This document shows positions 57,101-64,000 of a stretch of 64,000 nucleotides of DNA, in pieces; the stretch's first letter is position 1, and the number at the start of each line of letters is the position of its first letter. This stretch comes from an uncultured virus (IMG/VR IMGVR_UViG_3300027832_000015) (lineage: Duplodnaviria; Heunggongvirae; Uroviricota; Caudoviricetes). The notes under the pieces were generated by a model, which was not told the origin of the DNA, did not search any database, and worked only from the letters and a program-made list of their open reading frames with translations. The stretch lies in the IMG/VR virus record IMGVR_UViG_3300027832_000015. The stretch is one strand, 5' to 3'. Made by a program: the position numbers and the translations under genes.

Positions 57101-58308
57101 AAGAAAAGATGGATCAAGCGATGGCAGATATCGGCGCCAGAGGGATGTCGAAGCTATCTGTAGAGAAGAGGCGCCTTGAAGCCCCACATGTCATGGACGA
57201 AGCAGCCCAAAACATCTTGGATATGTCACGATCTGGAAACTTCGATACCGCTAATGCGGTTGGGCTGACGGAGGACATCTATGGAGGCCTAATTGACTTT
57301 TACGAAGGTGACACTACGAAGGCGATGCTCACTTTTCTGGATCAGTTTGCGGATGGTAAAGCGTTCGAAGAGGGGAACACGCTGTCAGCCATGAAACCTG
57401 CAGACATAGCAACTTTTCTGGCGGCTATTCAACCTGCATTGGACGAGATGCAAAGCGGTAGGGATAAAATAGGTTTCGATCTGTTCTCTGGCATTTTTGC
57501 TGACTCTGGACTTTCTGTCGTACTCAAAGACCCTGAATACTTTTCTAAACTGACTGACAAGCAACTTATCGCATTTGGCGATAAATTTACAGCTGAAAAC
57601 ATTAAGGACAAGTCAGGCATCGAACTGAAAGATATGTTGGCAGAATTGTTCCCAGATATGCAAGCGAAGTTTGAAGTGGTGGAGGACATCATTGCGGGGG
57701 CGGCGCTAGATCTAGAAACAAAGTCCGCTGAGTTCGTGGCAGCATTGACCGGCATGATTACCGCACTGAGCAATGGTTTGAGCAATCTCAATATCCCGGA
57801 TCCGCCAGCACCGGTTCCCGACACCGGCGTCGATCCCGATACGTCGACTCCTCGTGGGGACACGCTTTCATCGAGATACTCGCGAACAATGTCAGCGCAC
57901 AGTCAACTAGATTCGATGGCGTCGGGTAAACGATTTGTTACTTCCGGCTGGCGTAACTTCGATCTTGGCAGCCCAAGTTCAGACCACGTCAATGGCCGCG
58001 CATATGATTTGACCGGACAGAATCTTGGTGCGTACAAGTCCCTCGTTGACGCCAGCGGAGGGTTTGGGGAGTTCCATGGTTCCGCTGGAAGCCGCCATCT
58101 TCACGTTGTTCCTAATACGTCTGGTGGGGCGCCGATGGGCGATTCATCGTCACCTGCGACACTCGGTGGTGGCGGCGGCGGCGGGATGACCAACAATAAT
58201 AACTACACGATAAATATTAACGGATCTGATCAGTCGCCGGAACAAATTGCTGAGGCTGTAATGCAACGGATAAAGAGCGACGAGATGTCAATGAGTGAGC
58301 GTCGCTGA
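54193..58308 (+). CDS. tape measure protein with C-terminal M15-like peptidase domain
   Basis: ~1371 aa helical Ala/Gly-rich protein; VTSGWR...SDHVNGRAYD...HLHV. Confidence 0.9.
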   Translation: MADASLVIKISATGERNLKSIRRDLDRISASAVTTSAALQAFARSYNDAWDKHLKNVEKNFTRHFDDLDRMVSMAGGTLLKGLGLALKATAAEFVLMGASMLGVHALFATGNWLMKGYRGAMALLAGAAASTAVALASVAAAIREQSAAMYAYKATGYKQFGDNLNRVRVVMRGLETDTRFASVGVENLNAAYAAVSQRSTFTAGSQGLLSGLMDFASAGQPLEQGVKAAGQLIGILQDPKASFSEITKSAEALGPAMQKAMKEAEKQGINTATELKKAINDGTLVSMGGVEGQFDAVNGTLVSIMKGGFNQIRSMFADMGQPFLKPLKEAADEILVIFKRTFMRLRGDLGKFGTGSFITSLVSMSEKLENVFVKLIRDYLPQVIGMFGRWSDKWDSFTNGWNRLLDGMRPLIDGAKVLEGVLKNIFGPVWTQIKEKFGSFNDQLKENEPQLLSFGTALGDMLVSFSKVTDKMRELFFTALPFITKMLEGVKQITDLLGTMLGSMGKIFGGKGDGFGAFGMLMGLGLIGRSMKNTKGGFVQKSMVSSMNVQANQVTVTGATAGGQMYPGAATSQQAFNTPYGPGRTVGGLGGGAGSGFLSARNGPTSNYYPPGSLGGPISHRAGVAQGMSSGQVAAYNKGTRAAAAAQAPMTSSGMTGLPSRLQQFSGSRGPRAMRNNSKMYGNFSKYNNSASGKMGTMVGLGLLSSVMPEETQGAMSLGASLAVINPALGLGVAGIGTAMTSKNAAVGVGGGVVGGAALGMMVAGPVGAAVGGILGGVLGGIKANSNKHNAMREEAREQGRSASKQILEGLMTGISDASKNDDIKAFTSENLGETLGLNLLDDAVKDSFDFQKQNGLRSHEQRQALVEKLYAQRDVLGFEMSEEEKKKALEKPNEFLETINKELAPTFEAATEITNKFESRMDLFTSSLRMTEEEVMRLAQTTGVNLYDAAQNTGDMIKQLADGLITSKEKMDQAMADIGARGMSKLSVEKRRLEAPHVMDEAAQNILDMSRSGNFDTANAVGLTEDIYGGLIDFYEGDTTKAMLTFLDQFADGKAFEEGNTLSAMKPADIATFLAAIQPALDEMQSGRDKIGFDLFSGIFADSGLSVVLKDPEYFSKLTDKQLIAFGDKFTAENIKDKSGIELKDMLAELFPDMQAKFEVVEDIIAGAALDLETKSAEFVAALTGMITALSNGLSNLNIPDPPAPVPDTGVDPDTSTPRGDTLSSRYSRTMSAHSQLDSMASGKRFVTSGWRNFDLGSPSSDHVNGRAYDLTGQNLGAYKSLVDASGGFGEFHGSAGSRHLHVVPNTSGGAPMGDSSSPATLGGGGGGGMTNNNNYTININGSDQSPEQIAEAVMQRIKSDEMSMSERR

Positions 58309-59756
58309 TGGCTGTTGGCGACTGGCCAAGTTTCAGCGGGGGCGCAGATATTTCTTTTGTCGACCGCACGCCGCCCGGAACAATCGTCACAGCAGCGGGC
58401 GGCCCTGGGAGACGCTCTGGTGTCAAGTATATGGCGACCACCCGATTTGGACTCATCAAGATAAACGCCTTCAAGTATCAGATTGTTACAGCTTACGTCA
58501 GAGAGTCGCAGTCATTTAACGGAGCAAAAGAAAAACTTTATGACTGGCTCCCCCTTCGGGGAGGTTGTTACTTGACTGTTGCCCGACCTATCACTGGGAT
58601 ACATTATTATGGAACAAACTTTGGTACTGCTTCTCGTGATCGGAATTCTTATCATTTTTTAGATGGGTCAAAAAGTAGTGGCGGAGTAAGTTGCGTGAAA
58701 GAATCAGACGGGTCGTACTTATACGCCGTTAAAGCTCCGCAAGCAAAATGGATTTCGGGCACTTATTACTACCGTCAGAATGTAGGTGTGTACATGCCCC
58801 TTTTTTCTTTTGCTACCAAAGAAGGCTCGGAGGCAAGCGGTTGGGCGTTTACGAACAGGCCGCAGGGGGGCACCCCCAACGCAGTTGCTCCGTTGGGTCC
58901 CAATGTCGGCCCCTTGCTGCCGTTTATGCCAGCCCCACAAACAAAACTACCGTCAAGTGGCGGAGGCGGAGGCGGAGGCGGTGGAGGAGGCGGTGGAGGA
59001 GGCGGTGGCGGACAGCCATCTGCAAACGTCGCCCCAACCCCAGCAGAAACCAAAGTTGTTGTTCGCGTCCCATACGGATACACCAAACCACCAACCAAAG
59101 GAATCGAGAACCGTCCTCGAATCGTCCAAAACTACGTCGAATACATCAAAGACTCTTCCACCAAACTCGGATACAAACAGATCACCGGTCAAGAAACGTT
59201 CCACTTCCCGTACGTCCCCAACAACATCTCATATTCCGGTCTAGGTTCAGAGTGGACCAATATTGATAGGCAAGGAAATTATCCCCTTGTCGAATGGTCG
59301 AAGTGGCAATTGATGAGGGTCGAGATGGAATTCTTGTTGGCCGAAGACCGTGCTGTCGGTGGGGGAATTTTAGTTCCTGACGGCATTTTTGTTAGCGTTA
59401 AGAACCGGATCAATACCCTGCGGAAGATGGCTCAAAGGCAGGCACCAGTTTCTGTTTTCAATCTCGATGATCTTTTCCGGATTCAGGTGCGACGTGCGGC
59501 AGCAACCAGAAAGCCGATGCAGTTTGTGATTGCGGACATTAACGTCTCTTCAAGTAGAAGGTCGATGGACTCGAACGAGAAGGAGATTACAGCAGCGACA
59601 GTCAAACTGACGTTGCAGGAAATCTTGATCGAGAATGTCACTATCGTAAAAATGTCACCTCCGCAGTTTTCGGAACCAATTTTGGCGAATCGGAGAGGGT
59701 CGGATACGACTTCTAGCGATGGTTTCAATGATCCCCTGTTCCATTGGGGCTTCTGA
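58308..59756 (+). CDS. tail/baseplate protein with poly-Gly linker (tube-initiator-like C-terminus)
   Basis: Follows tape measure; FPYVPNNISYS...W..IDRQG.YP...A.VKLTLQE. Confidence 0.65.
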   Translation: MAVGDWPSFSGGADISFVDRTPPGTIVTAAGGPGRRSGVKYMATTRFGLIKINAFKYQIVTAYVRESQSFNGAKEKLYDWLPLRGGCYLTVARPITGIHYYGTNFGTASRDRNSYHFLDGSKSSGGVSCVKESDGSYLYAVKAPQAKWISGTYYYRQNVGVYMPLFSFATKEGSEASGWAFTNRPQGGTPNAVAPLGPNVGPLLPFMPAPQTKLPSSGGGGGGGGGGGGGGGGGGQPSANVAPTPAETKVVVRVPYGYTKPPTKGIENRPRIVQNYVEYIKDSSTKLGYKQITGQETFHFPYVPNNISYSGLGSEWTNIDRQGNYPLVEWSKWQLMRVEMEFLLAEDRAVGGGILVPDGIFVSVKNRINTLRKMAQRQAPVSVFNLDDLFRIQVRRAAATRKPMQFVIADINVSSSRRSMDSNEKEITAATVKLTLQEILIENVTIVKMSPPQFSEPILANRRGSDTTSSDGFNDPLFHWGF

Positions 59757-60808
59757 TGGCTGCCGAAACAAATTCGGCTCCGCTCAACGAGCGCAGGAAA
59801 TACATTGTTTTTGATGATCCATCACTACTCGGTGCCGAAACAGACATAACAAATAGTTTAATATCTGCAAAATTTAGTTCAGGAATTGATCTTGCCACAC
59901 AGCTAACTTTAGAAATAGTTGACCCAAATTTTAGTTTTGCAAGATCAAATTACTTCTCCATAACGAGAGATGTTTACTTTAAAAGCAACTCTCTCGGATC
60001 AATCAACGAGTCATTGAAAGTATCAGGACAAATTGCGTTAGAACGACTCAAATATCACCATCTTGAGGTGTCTGCAGTTACCTGCAGTGGAGGACCGGGA
60101 ACTTCTCCAATTTGGACAATAGAATGCAGAACTAAAGCGATCCAACAGATGAGACGGGATCGCAACCCCGGAGCAATTGAGGGCGCCTCTCAGAACTATG
60201 TGATCACGGCTGGCCGAAAGTACGGAATGAACACAGTTGCCGAAACGACGTCGAAATCGAAGAATATCAACAAGGCATCAAACGACAGGCGCTCCGACTC
60301 CGCATGGGATGTCGTCAAGAGCCTCGCTAGTGAGGCCAAATTTATAACGTTCGAATCGGATGGGATTCTATTTTTTGCTTCACAAAAATGGATGCTTGGC
60401 CTATGGGGTTCAACTCGGACCAATTTTGATGCGGATTTGATTACACGTTACGGCGGACTTCTCCGAAATGGGTACAACGTCATTCCTGTTCGCTACCCCT
60501 CAAAAGAATCCGACATTATTAGGGTTCATCAAATGCCTCAGATGAGAAGATCCGATAACAATCCGCTGCTTGTTGAGGGTTCAATGGTGGTTGACTCTAT
60601 TGCCGGGTCGATTCTCAGGCCGGGAATGACCATTCAACTCACCAACTACCCAACATTTGAGGGCCTGTACCTAATAAGTCAGGTTGACTACAATGTTCTT
60701 ACCAACGATCCAGCGACAATCACTTTCCGCTCACCAGAACGCGAAGATAAAGACATCATAGACTACGTAGTCGGCGCAACGAGTCCTTCGACGGCCTACT
60801 CAAACTGA
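59756..60808 (+). CDS. baseplate hub protein (gpD/gp27-like)
   Basis: LTLEIVDP, SAWD...LA.E..F..FESDG.LFF, LRPGMTIQL...GLYLISQV. Confidence 0.75.
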   Translation: MAAETNSAPLNERRKYIVFDDPSLLGAETDITNSLISAKFSSGIDLATQLTLEIVDPNFSFARSNYFSITRDVYFKSNSLGSINESLKVSGQIALERLKYHHLEVSAVTCSGGPGTSPIWTIECRTKAIQQMRRDRNPGAIEGASQNYVITAGRKYGMNTVAETTSKSKNINKASNDRRSDSAWDVVKSLASEAKFITFESDGILFFASQKWMLGLWGSTRTNFDADLITRYGGLLRNGYNVIPVRYPSKESDIIRVHQMPQMRRSDNNPLLVEGSMVVDSIAGSILRPGMTIQLTNYPTFEGLYLISQVDYNVLTNDPATITFRSPEREDKDIIDYVVGATSPSTAYSN

Positions 60809-60822
60809 GAGGATGAGTACTG

Positions 60823-61203
60823 ATGGCTGGACAATCATATTCTACTGTCGTTGGCGGTTCGTCGAATCCTGAACCGGGCGGACTACTCTATTTCGCCACA
60901 GTTCATTCGATTTCCAACGGAAAACTTCGAGTAAATGTGCCAATGCTTGGTTTCATTAGCAGTCCGTGCGATCACCTAAATTCCTATGGGAACGACAGGT
61001 ATGCAGTCGGCGATCGGGTCGTTGTCGGTTTTCTTGAAGGCGGAAAACAGTATCTGGTGCTGTTCGGTCGCGTGAACCACACTCGGACCGCTTTCCCCAC
61101 ATACGGACAGTACTTGGCACTTGCCGGTCGAGTTTCTGCACTCGAATCTACCGTAGCAACACTACAAGCTGCCGTCACGGCACTCCAAGGACACACCCAT
61201 TAA
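60823..61203 (+). CDS. baseplate spike protein (gpV/gp45-like)
   Basis: OB-fold GDRVVVGFLEG and terminal GHTH. Confidence 0.75.
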   Translation: MAGQSYSTVVGGSSNPEPGGLLYFATVHSISNGKLRVNVPMLGFISSPCDHLNSYGNDRYAVGDRVVVGFLEGGKQYLVLFGRVNHTRTAFPTYGQYLALAGRVSALESTVATLQAAVTALQGHTH

Positions 61204-61253
61204 TAAGAGCACATGCTAACGTCGTGTAAACTGGAGTTTGTAAGGAGATCAAC

Positions 61254-61550
61254 ATGGACGCAATCAAATTTCCGCTAAAATTCAGCAAGGCCGGTATCGA
61301 CCGCTTAACAGACGGAACAACCGACTACTACAAGCAACTACTCGCTCTTTCCATAATCACCGAACCCCACTCACTCCCAATCACACCAGATTTTGGGATT
61401 TGGGACCCAACATTCAACACCGTGGAAAAAGGTCAATTTGTCCTGCACGCGGCAAGATTTGTGCCGGAGGTCGAGATCGGTGAGATCGACTCCAGCGTTG
61501 ACGACAGCGGACAGAACATCGTATCTTTCTCATTCACGGTTAGGGGCTAA
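61254..61550 (+). CDS. gp25/gpW-like baseplate protein
   Basis: IKFP...TEP...P..PDFG..DP.F...FVPEV. Confidence 0.78.
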   Translation: MDAIKFPLKFSKAGIDRLTDGTTDYYKQLLALSIITEPHSLPITPDFGIWDPTFNTVEKGQFVLHAARFVPEVEIGEIDSSVDDSGQNIVSFSFTVRG

Positions 61551-61555
61551 TCGCC

Positions 61556-62785
61556 ATGCCTGCAGATTTTTCTCAGTACGTCGATCTGATACCATACGAT
61601 CTATCCCCGACCGACGTTTATCTGGGGGCGATCGAGTTGGGTCGTGTCGTCCTGCCTGAATTCGAGATCCGCCAAGGAACACCAGACGACGCGATGTTGC
61701 AAGCGTTCTCCTATATTACGGCACTCAACGTTGGAGCAATCAACCGGATACCACCAAGACTCATGGAGGGAATCGCCGCCCTGATGGGGGTGCCGCGGAA
61801 CTATGGCCAAAAGGCTACGGTTTCGGCGACGATAACACTAAACGACTATGAGTCTTTCGTGTTGCCTATAGGGACTATTTTTATTCACTCGACTTCGACA
61901 GTCGTTGGGGTGATGACGACTCAATACGAAACGACAGAGGCGGTGAGCGTTGACCAGTCTGACGCGGAAGATGGCTCGGGAAACCCAAATCCTGTCCCAA
62001 CCGTAGATGTTCAGTTGGCGGCTTCCTACGTTGGAATCAGCCCACACATTAATGCCGGAGACAATCTTCAGGTGGAAACGATCCTCCCTCAAATTGCGTC
62101 CACCATTTATTTAGGAGACTTTTTGAATGGAAGCAATCCGGAGGACGGTTCTTATTACCTGTCACGGGCAAGAACCTATCTTGAAAGCCTGTCGTCCAAT
62201 ACGGCAACCGCACGACAGGTGGAAGCGCACGTTCTGACAACTTTCAATTACGCTACGCGTTGCAAGGTGTACGATCTGACCGATAGTGATAGTTCGGTTT
62301 TGTTCACCGCAACCGACGCTCCGGGTAATGCAGCGATATTTGTTTGGGGTGTTGAGGCCGCCGTCACCTCAAGTCGTCTTTACGATATTCTCGTTTCCGT
62401 CACAACCAAATCAACCGCAGGCCTGTACTTTACGGCTTCCAACTTTACAACGGTGAATGTGGGAGTTCAGGCCAGTGTCGCCTACAACTCTTCTTACGTT
62501 GCTGCAGATGTTGAAGATGCCATTACTGTTGCGTTGCTAGGGTTCCTGTCCCCCAATGGGTTCACTAGCAAGGCCGAGAAGATCAAAGTGACTGAACTTC
62601 AATCAATCGTTTCCAGTGTTGATGGTGTCGATTTTGTCGACAGTTTGACAATTTCCGATGCCAGCAACCTTCCTAGCGGCATTATTCAGCTGAATGCAAA
62701 TGGGGACATTGAATTCTTGAGGAAAGGCCTTCTCGCCACGAGTAATGAGTTAAACATTTCAATTTCATTGTTCAGTCAATCATGA
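61556..62785 (+). CDS. baseplate J-like wedge protein
   Basis: LMGVPR, LPIGT, G..PE....YLSR, VDGVDFV. Confidence 0.85.
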   Translation: MPADFSQYVDLIPYDLSPTDVYLGAIELGRVVLPEFEIRQGTPDDAMLQAFSYITALNVGAINRIPPRLMEGIAALMGVPRNYGQKATVSATITLNDYESFVLPIGTIFIHSTSTVVGVMTTQYETTEAVSVDQSDAEDGSGNPNPVPTVDVQLAASYVGISPHINAGDNLQVETILPQIASTIYLGDFLNGSNPEDGSYYLSRARTYLESLSSNTATARQVEAHVLTTFNYATRCKVYDLTDSDSSVLFTATDAPGNAAIFVWGVEAAVTSSRLYDILVSVTTKSTAGLYFTASNFTTVNVGVQASVAYNSSYVAADVEDAITVALLGFLSPNGFTSKAEKIKVTELQSIVSSVDGVDFVDSLTISDASNLPSGIIQLNANGDIEFLRKGLLATSNELNISISLFSQS

Positions 62786-64000
62786 CAGTCGAAGACGCAA
62801 ACCTCTTAAACGGGTATGATGCCCTTGAGGCGTTCCGACGTACCGACTTGAGTGTTCGACCGGTTTCTGAAGTGACTTCGAATCACACTTGGACCAGTAA
62901 CAATGCGTCGATGGTTGTTTCAGAGGAGGAGTCGCAGCGGTACGTTGCTAACTATTTTTCACTTGCGGTTACCCCTAATAACACAAACACTGTAACCGTG
63001 TCGCTGCCGAGTATTGCACTTCCGGCTGATAGACCCAAAAATTTTGTTTCAGAGTTGCATATTTCGGTGTACAGCAATTCCAGCATGTCAGTTTCTGCTC
63101 GCATCGCCCCAAGCGGCGAAAGCCTCCCAAGTTGGGGAGCCACAACAACGCGTCCGACGGCATGGGAGGTTGTTCGGTCAAATACATTCAGCGTGCCGAC
63201 AGATGCTGGTTACACGCACGCGAAGACTTCCATTACGTTCTCCGGACATGACGGGCAACCTTTTTACATAACAATGCCGGTTTTTAGCAATGACCTCTTT
63301 TTCCGCGAAAGCGGTTTTGTGAATGTGGCTCGCCGGTTCATGCCTTCATACTACTGGGACATCGACTCTCAGCAGGAAAATCCCAGCAACCCGATGTACC
63401 GTTTGTTCGATATTTTCACTCGCCACGCGAACGAAACATCTGTGACGTACGAAAAGTACTTCAGCTTTGAGCCAGACGAGCGTTTAGCCACCGACGTCGA
63501 CGGCGAACTTACACTCAGCACTTTGGTGAACCCAAGTGTGATCGATCCGGCAAACCGGTCTTGGCTGTCCCAGTTCACGGGGGCGGCGTTGCGCTCCAAC
63601 GCTGATGCAATCAACTTCGAATACGATGTGTTCACGAAAGAAACCAACGTTTCCGGCAATTCTGTAAACGCAGGTGCCCTCTGGTCTGTTGTTGACTTGC
63701 ATGCCGATATGGGCGAACTTGCTACAAACGGAATTTCATCAGATGACACTCTAAGGGACATCGTTGACCAGTTCGTCACAAGTGGATCTGCTGTTACTTG
63801 GGACATGGTAAAGGGTTCTGCCGGATCTAACAAAACTGAACTAACAACTATTACGTATACGGCGGCTACGACGTCTCCTGCATTGGCATACACTTACGAG
63901 GGTCCGTTCAGTCTGCCCGTCACTGATCCGGTCTCGTTGCGTCAATCCGATCTTCATGGCATTATCACTGCGGCTGACGACCTTTCCAGTTCTTCGCTAA
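62782..64000 (+). CDS. baseplate wedge/tail protein, partial (runs off window)
   Basis: ATG 62782 overlapping the upstream stop, frame open to the edge; MPSYYWDID...PMYRLF...WLSQFTG resembles P2 gpI-like wedge proteins. Confidence 0.7.
   Translation, partial: MTVEDANLLNGYDALEAFRRTDLSVRPVSEVTSNHTWTSNNASMVVSEEESQRYVANYFSLAVTPNNTNTVTVSLPSIALPADRPKNFVSELHISVYSNSSMSVSARIAPSGESLPSWGATTTRPTAWEVVRSNTFSVPTDAGYTHAKTSITFSGHDGQPFYITMPVFSNDLFFRESGFVNVARRFMPSYYWDIDSQQENPSNPMYRLFDIFTRHANETSVTYEKYFSFEPDERLATDVDGELTLSTLVNPSVIDPANRSWLSQFTGAALRSNADAINFEYDVFTKETNVSGNSVNAGALWSVVDLHADMGELATNGISSDDTLRDIVDQFVTSGSAVTWDMVKGSAGSNKTELTTITYTAATTSPALAYTYEGPFSLPVTDPVSLRQSDLHGIITAADDLSSSSL

Noticed and set aside
1..64000. 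tRNA, rRNA, integrase or transposase
   Set aside because: None recognised by eye; a tRNAscan/Infernal run would be needed to exclude small RNAs

Overview
A 64-kb stretch of a large tailed dsDNA phage genome with an HK97-type head and a contractile tail. An actinobacterial host is inferred from gene content, not proven. Left to right: (1) small accessory genes, including a macrodomain, a hotdog-fold thioesterase-like gene and a LysM membrane protein; (2) a ~1.3-kb zone of extreme strand asymmetry (3540-4900) with a hairpin at the C/A-to-G/T switch, holding a heavily mutated SGNH-hydrolase pseudogene and a truncated carbamoyltransferase; (3) 2OG-Fe(II) oxygenases, class II ribonucleotide reductase and a thermonuclease; (4) a minus-strand head operon in which ~24 kb of giant modular proteins run from the prohead-protease gene to the major capsid gene; (5) an intein-containing large terminase transcribed away from the portal, then recombination genes and a ParB/PAPS-reductase/ParB trio; (6) neck, sheath, tube, chaperone, tape measure and baseplate genes running off the right edge. 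The best candidate for an undescribed system is the head-operon array. Otherwise unrelated polyproteins there share short motifs (K-[AS]-L followed by a DxDxDG box or an RCPxG...FTD...C box, plus repeated G-[LM]-R-S linkers) and carry toxin or effector-like domains (zeta toxin, ADP-ribosyltransferase-like, HExxH peptidases, a pseudokinase), two of them followed by small immunity-like genes. I infer a capsid-packaged, proteolytically processed effector array. The second standout is the strand-specific C>T / A>G hypermutation zone. All family assignments are by eye from motifs; no searches were run.
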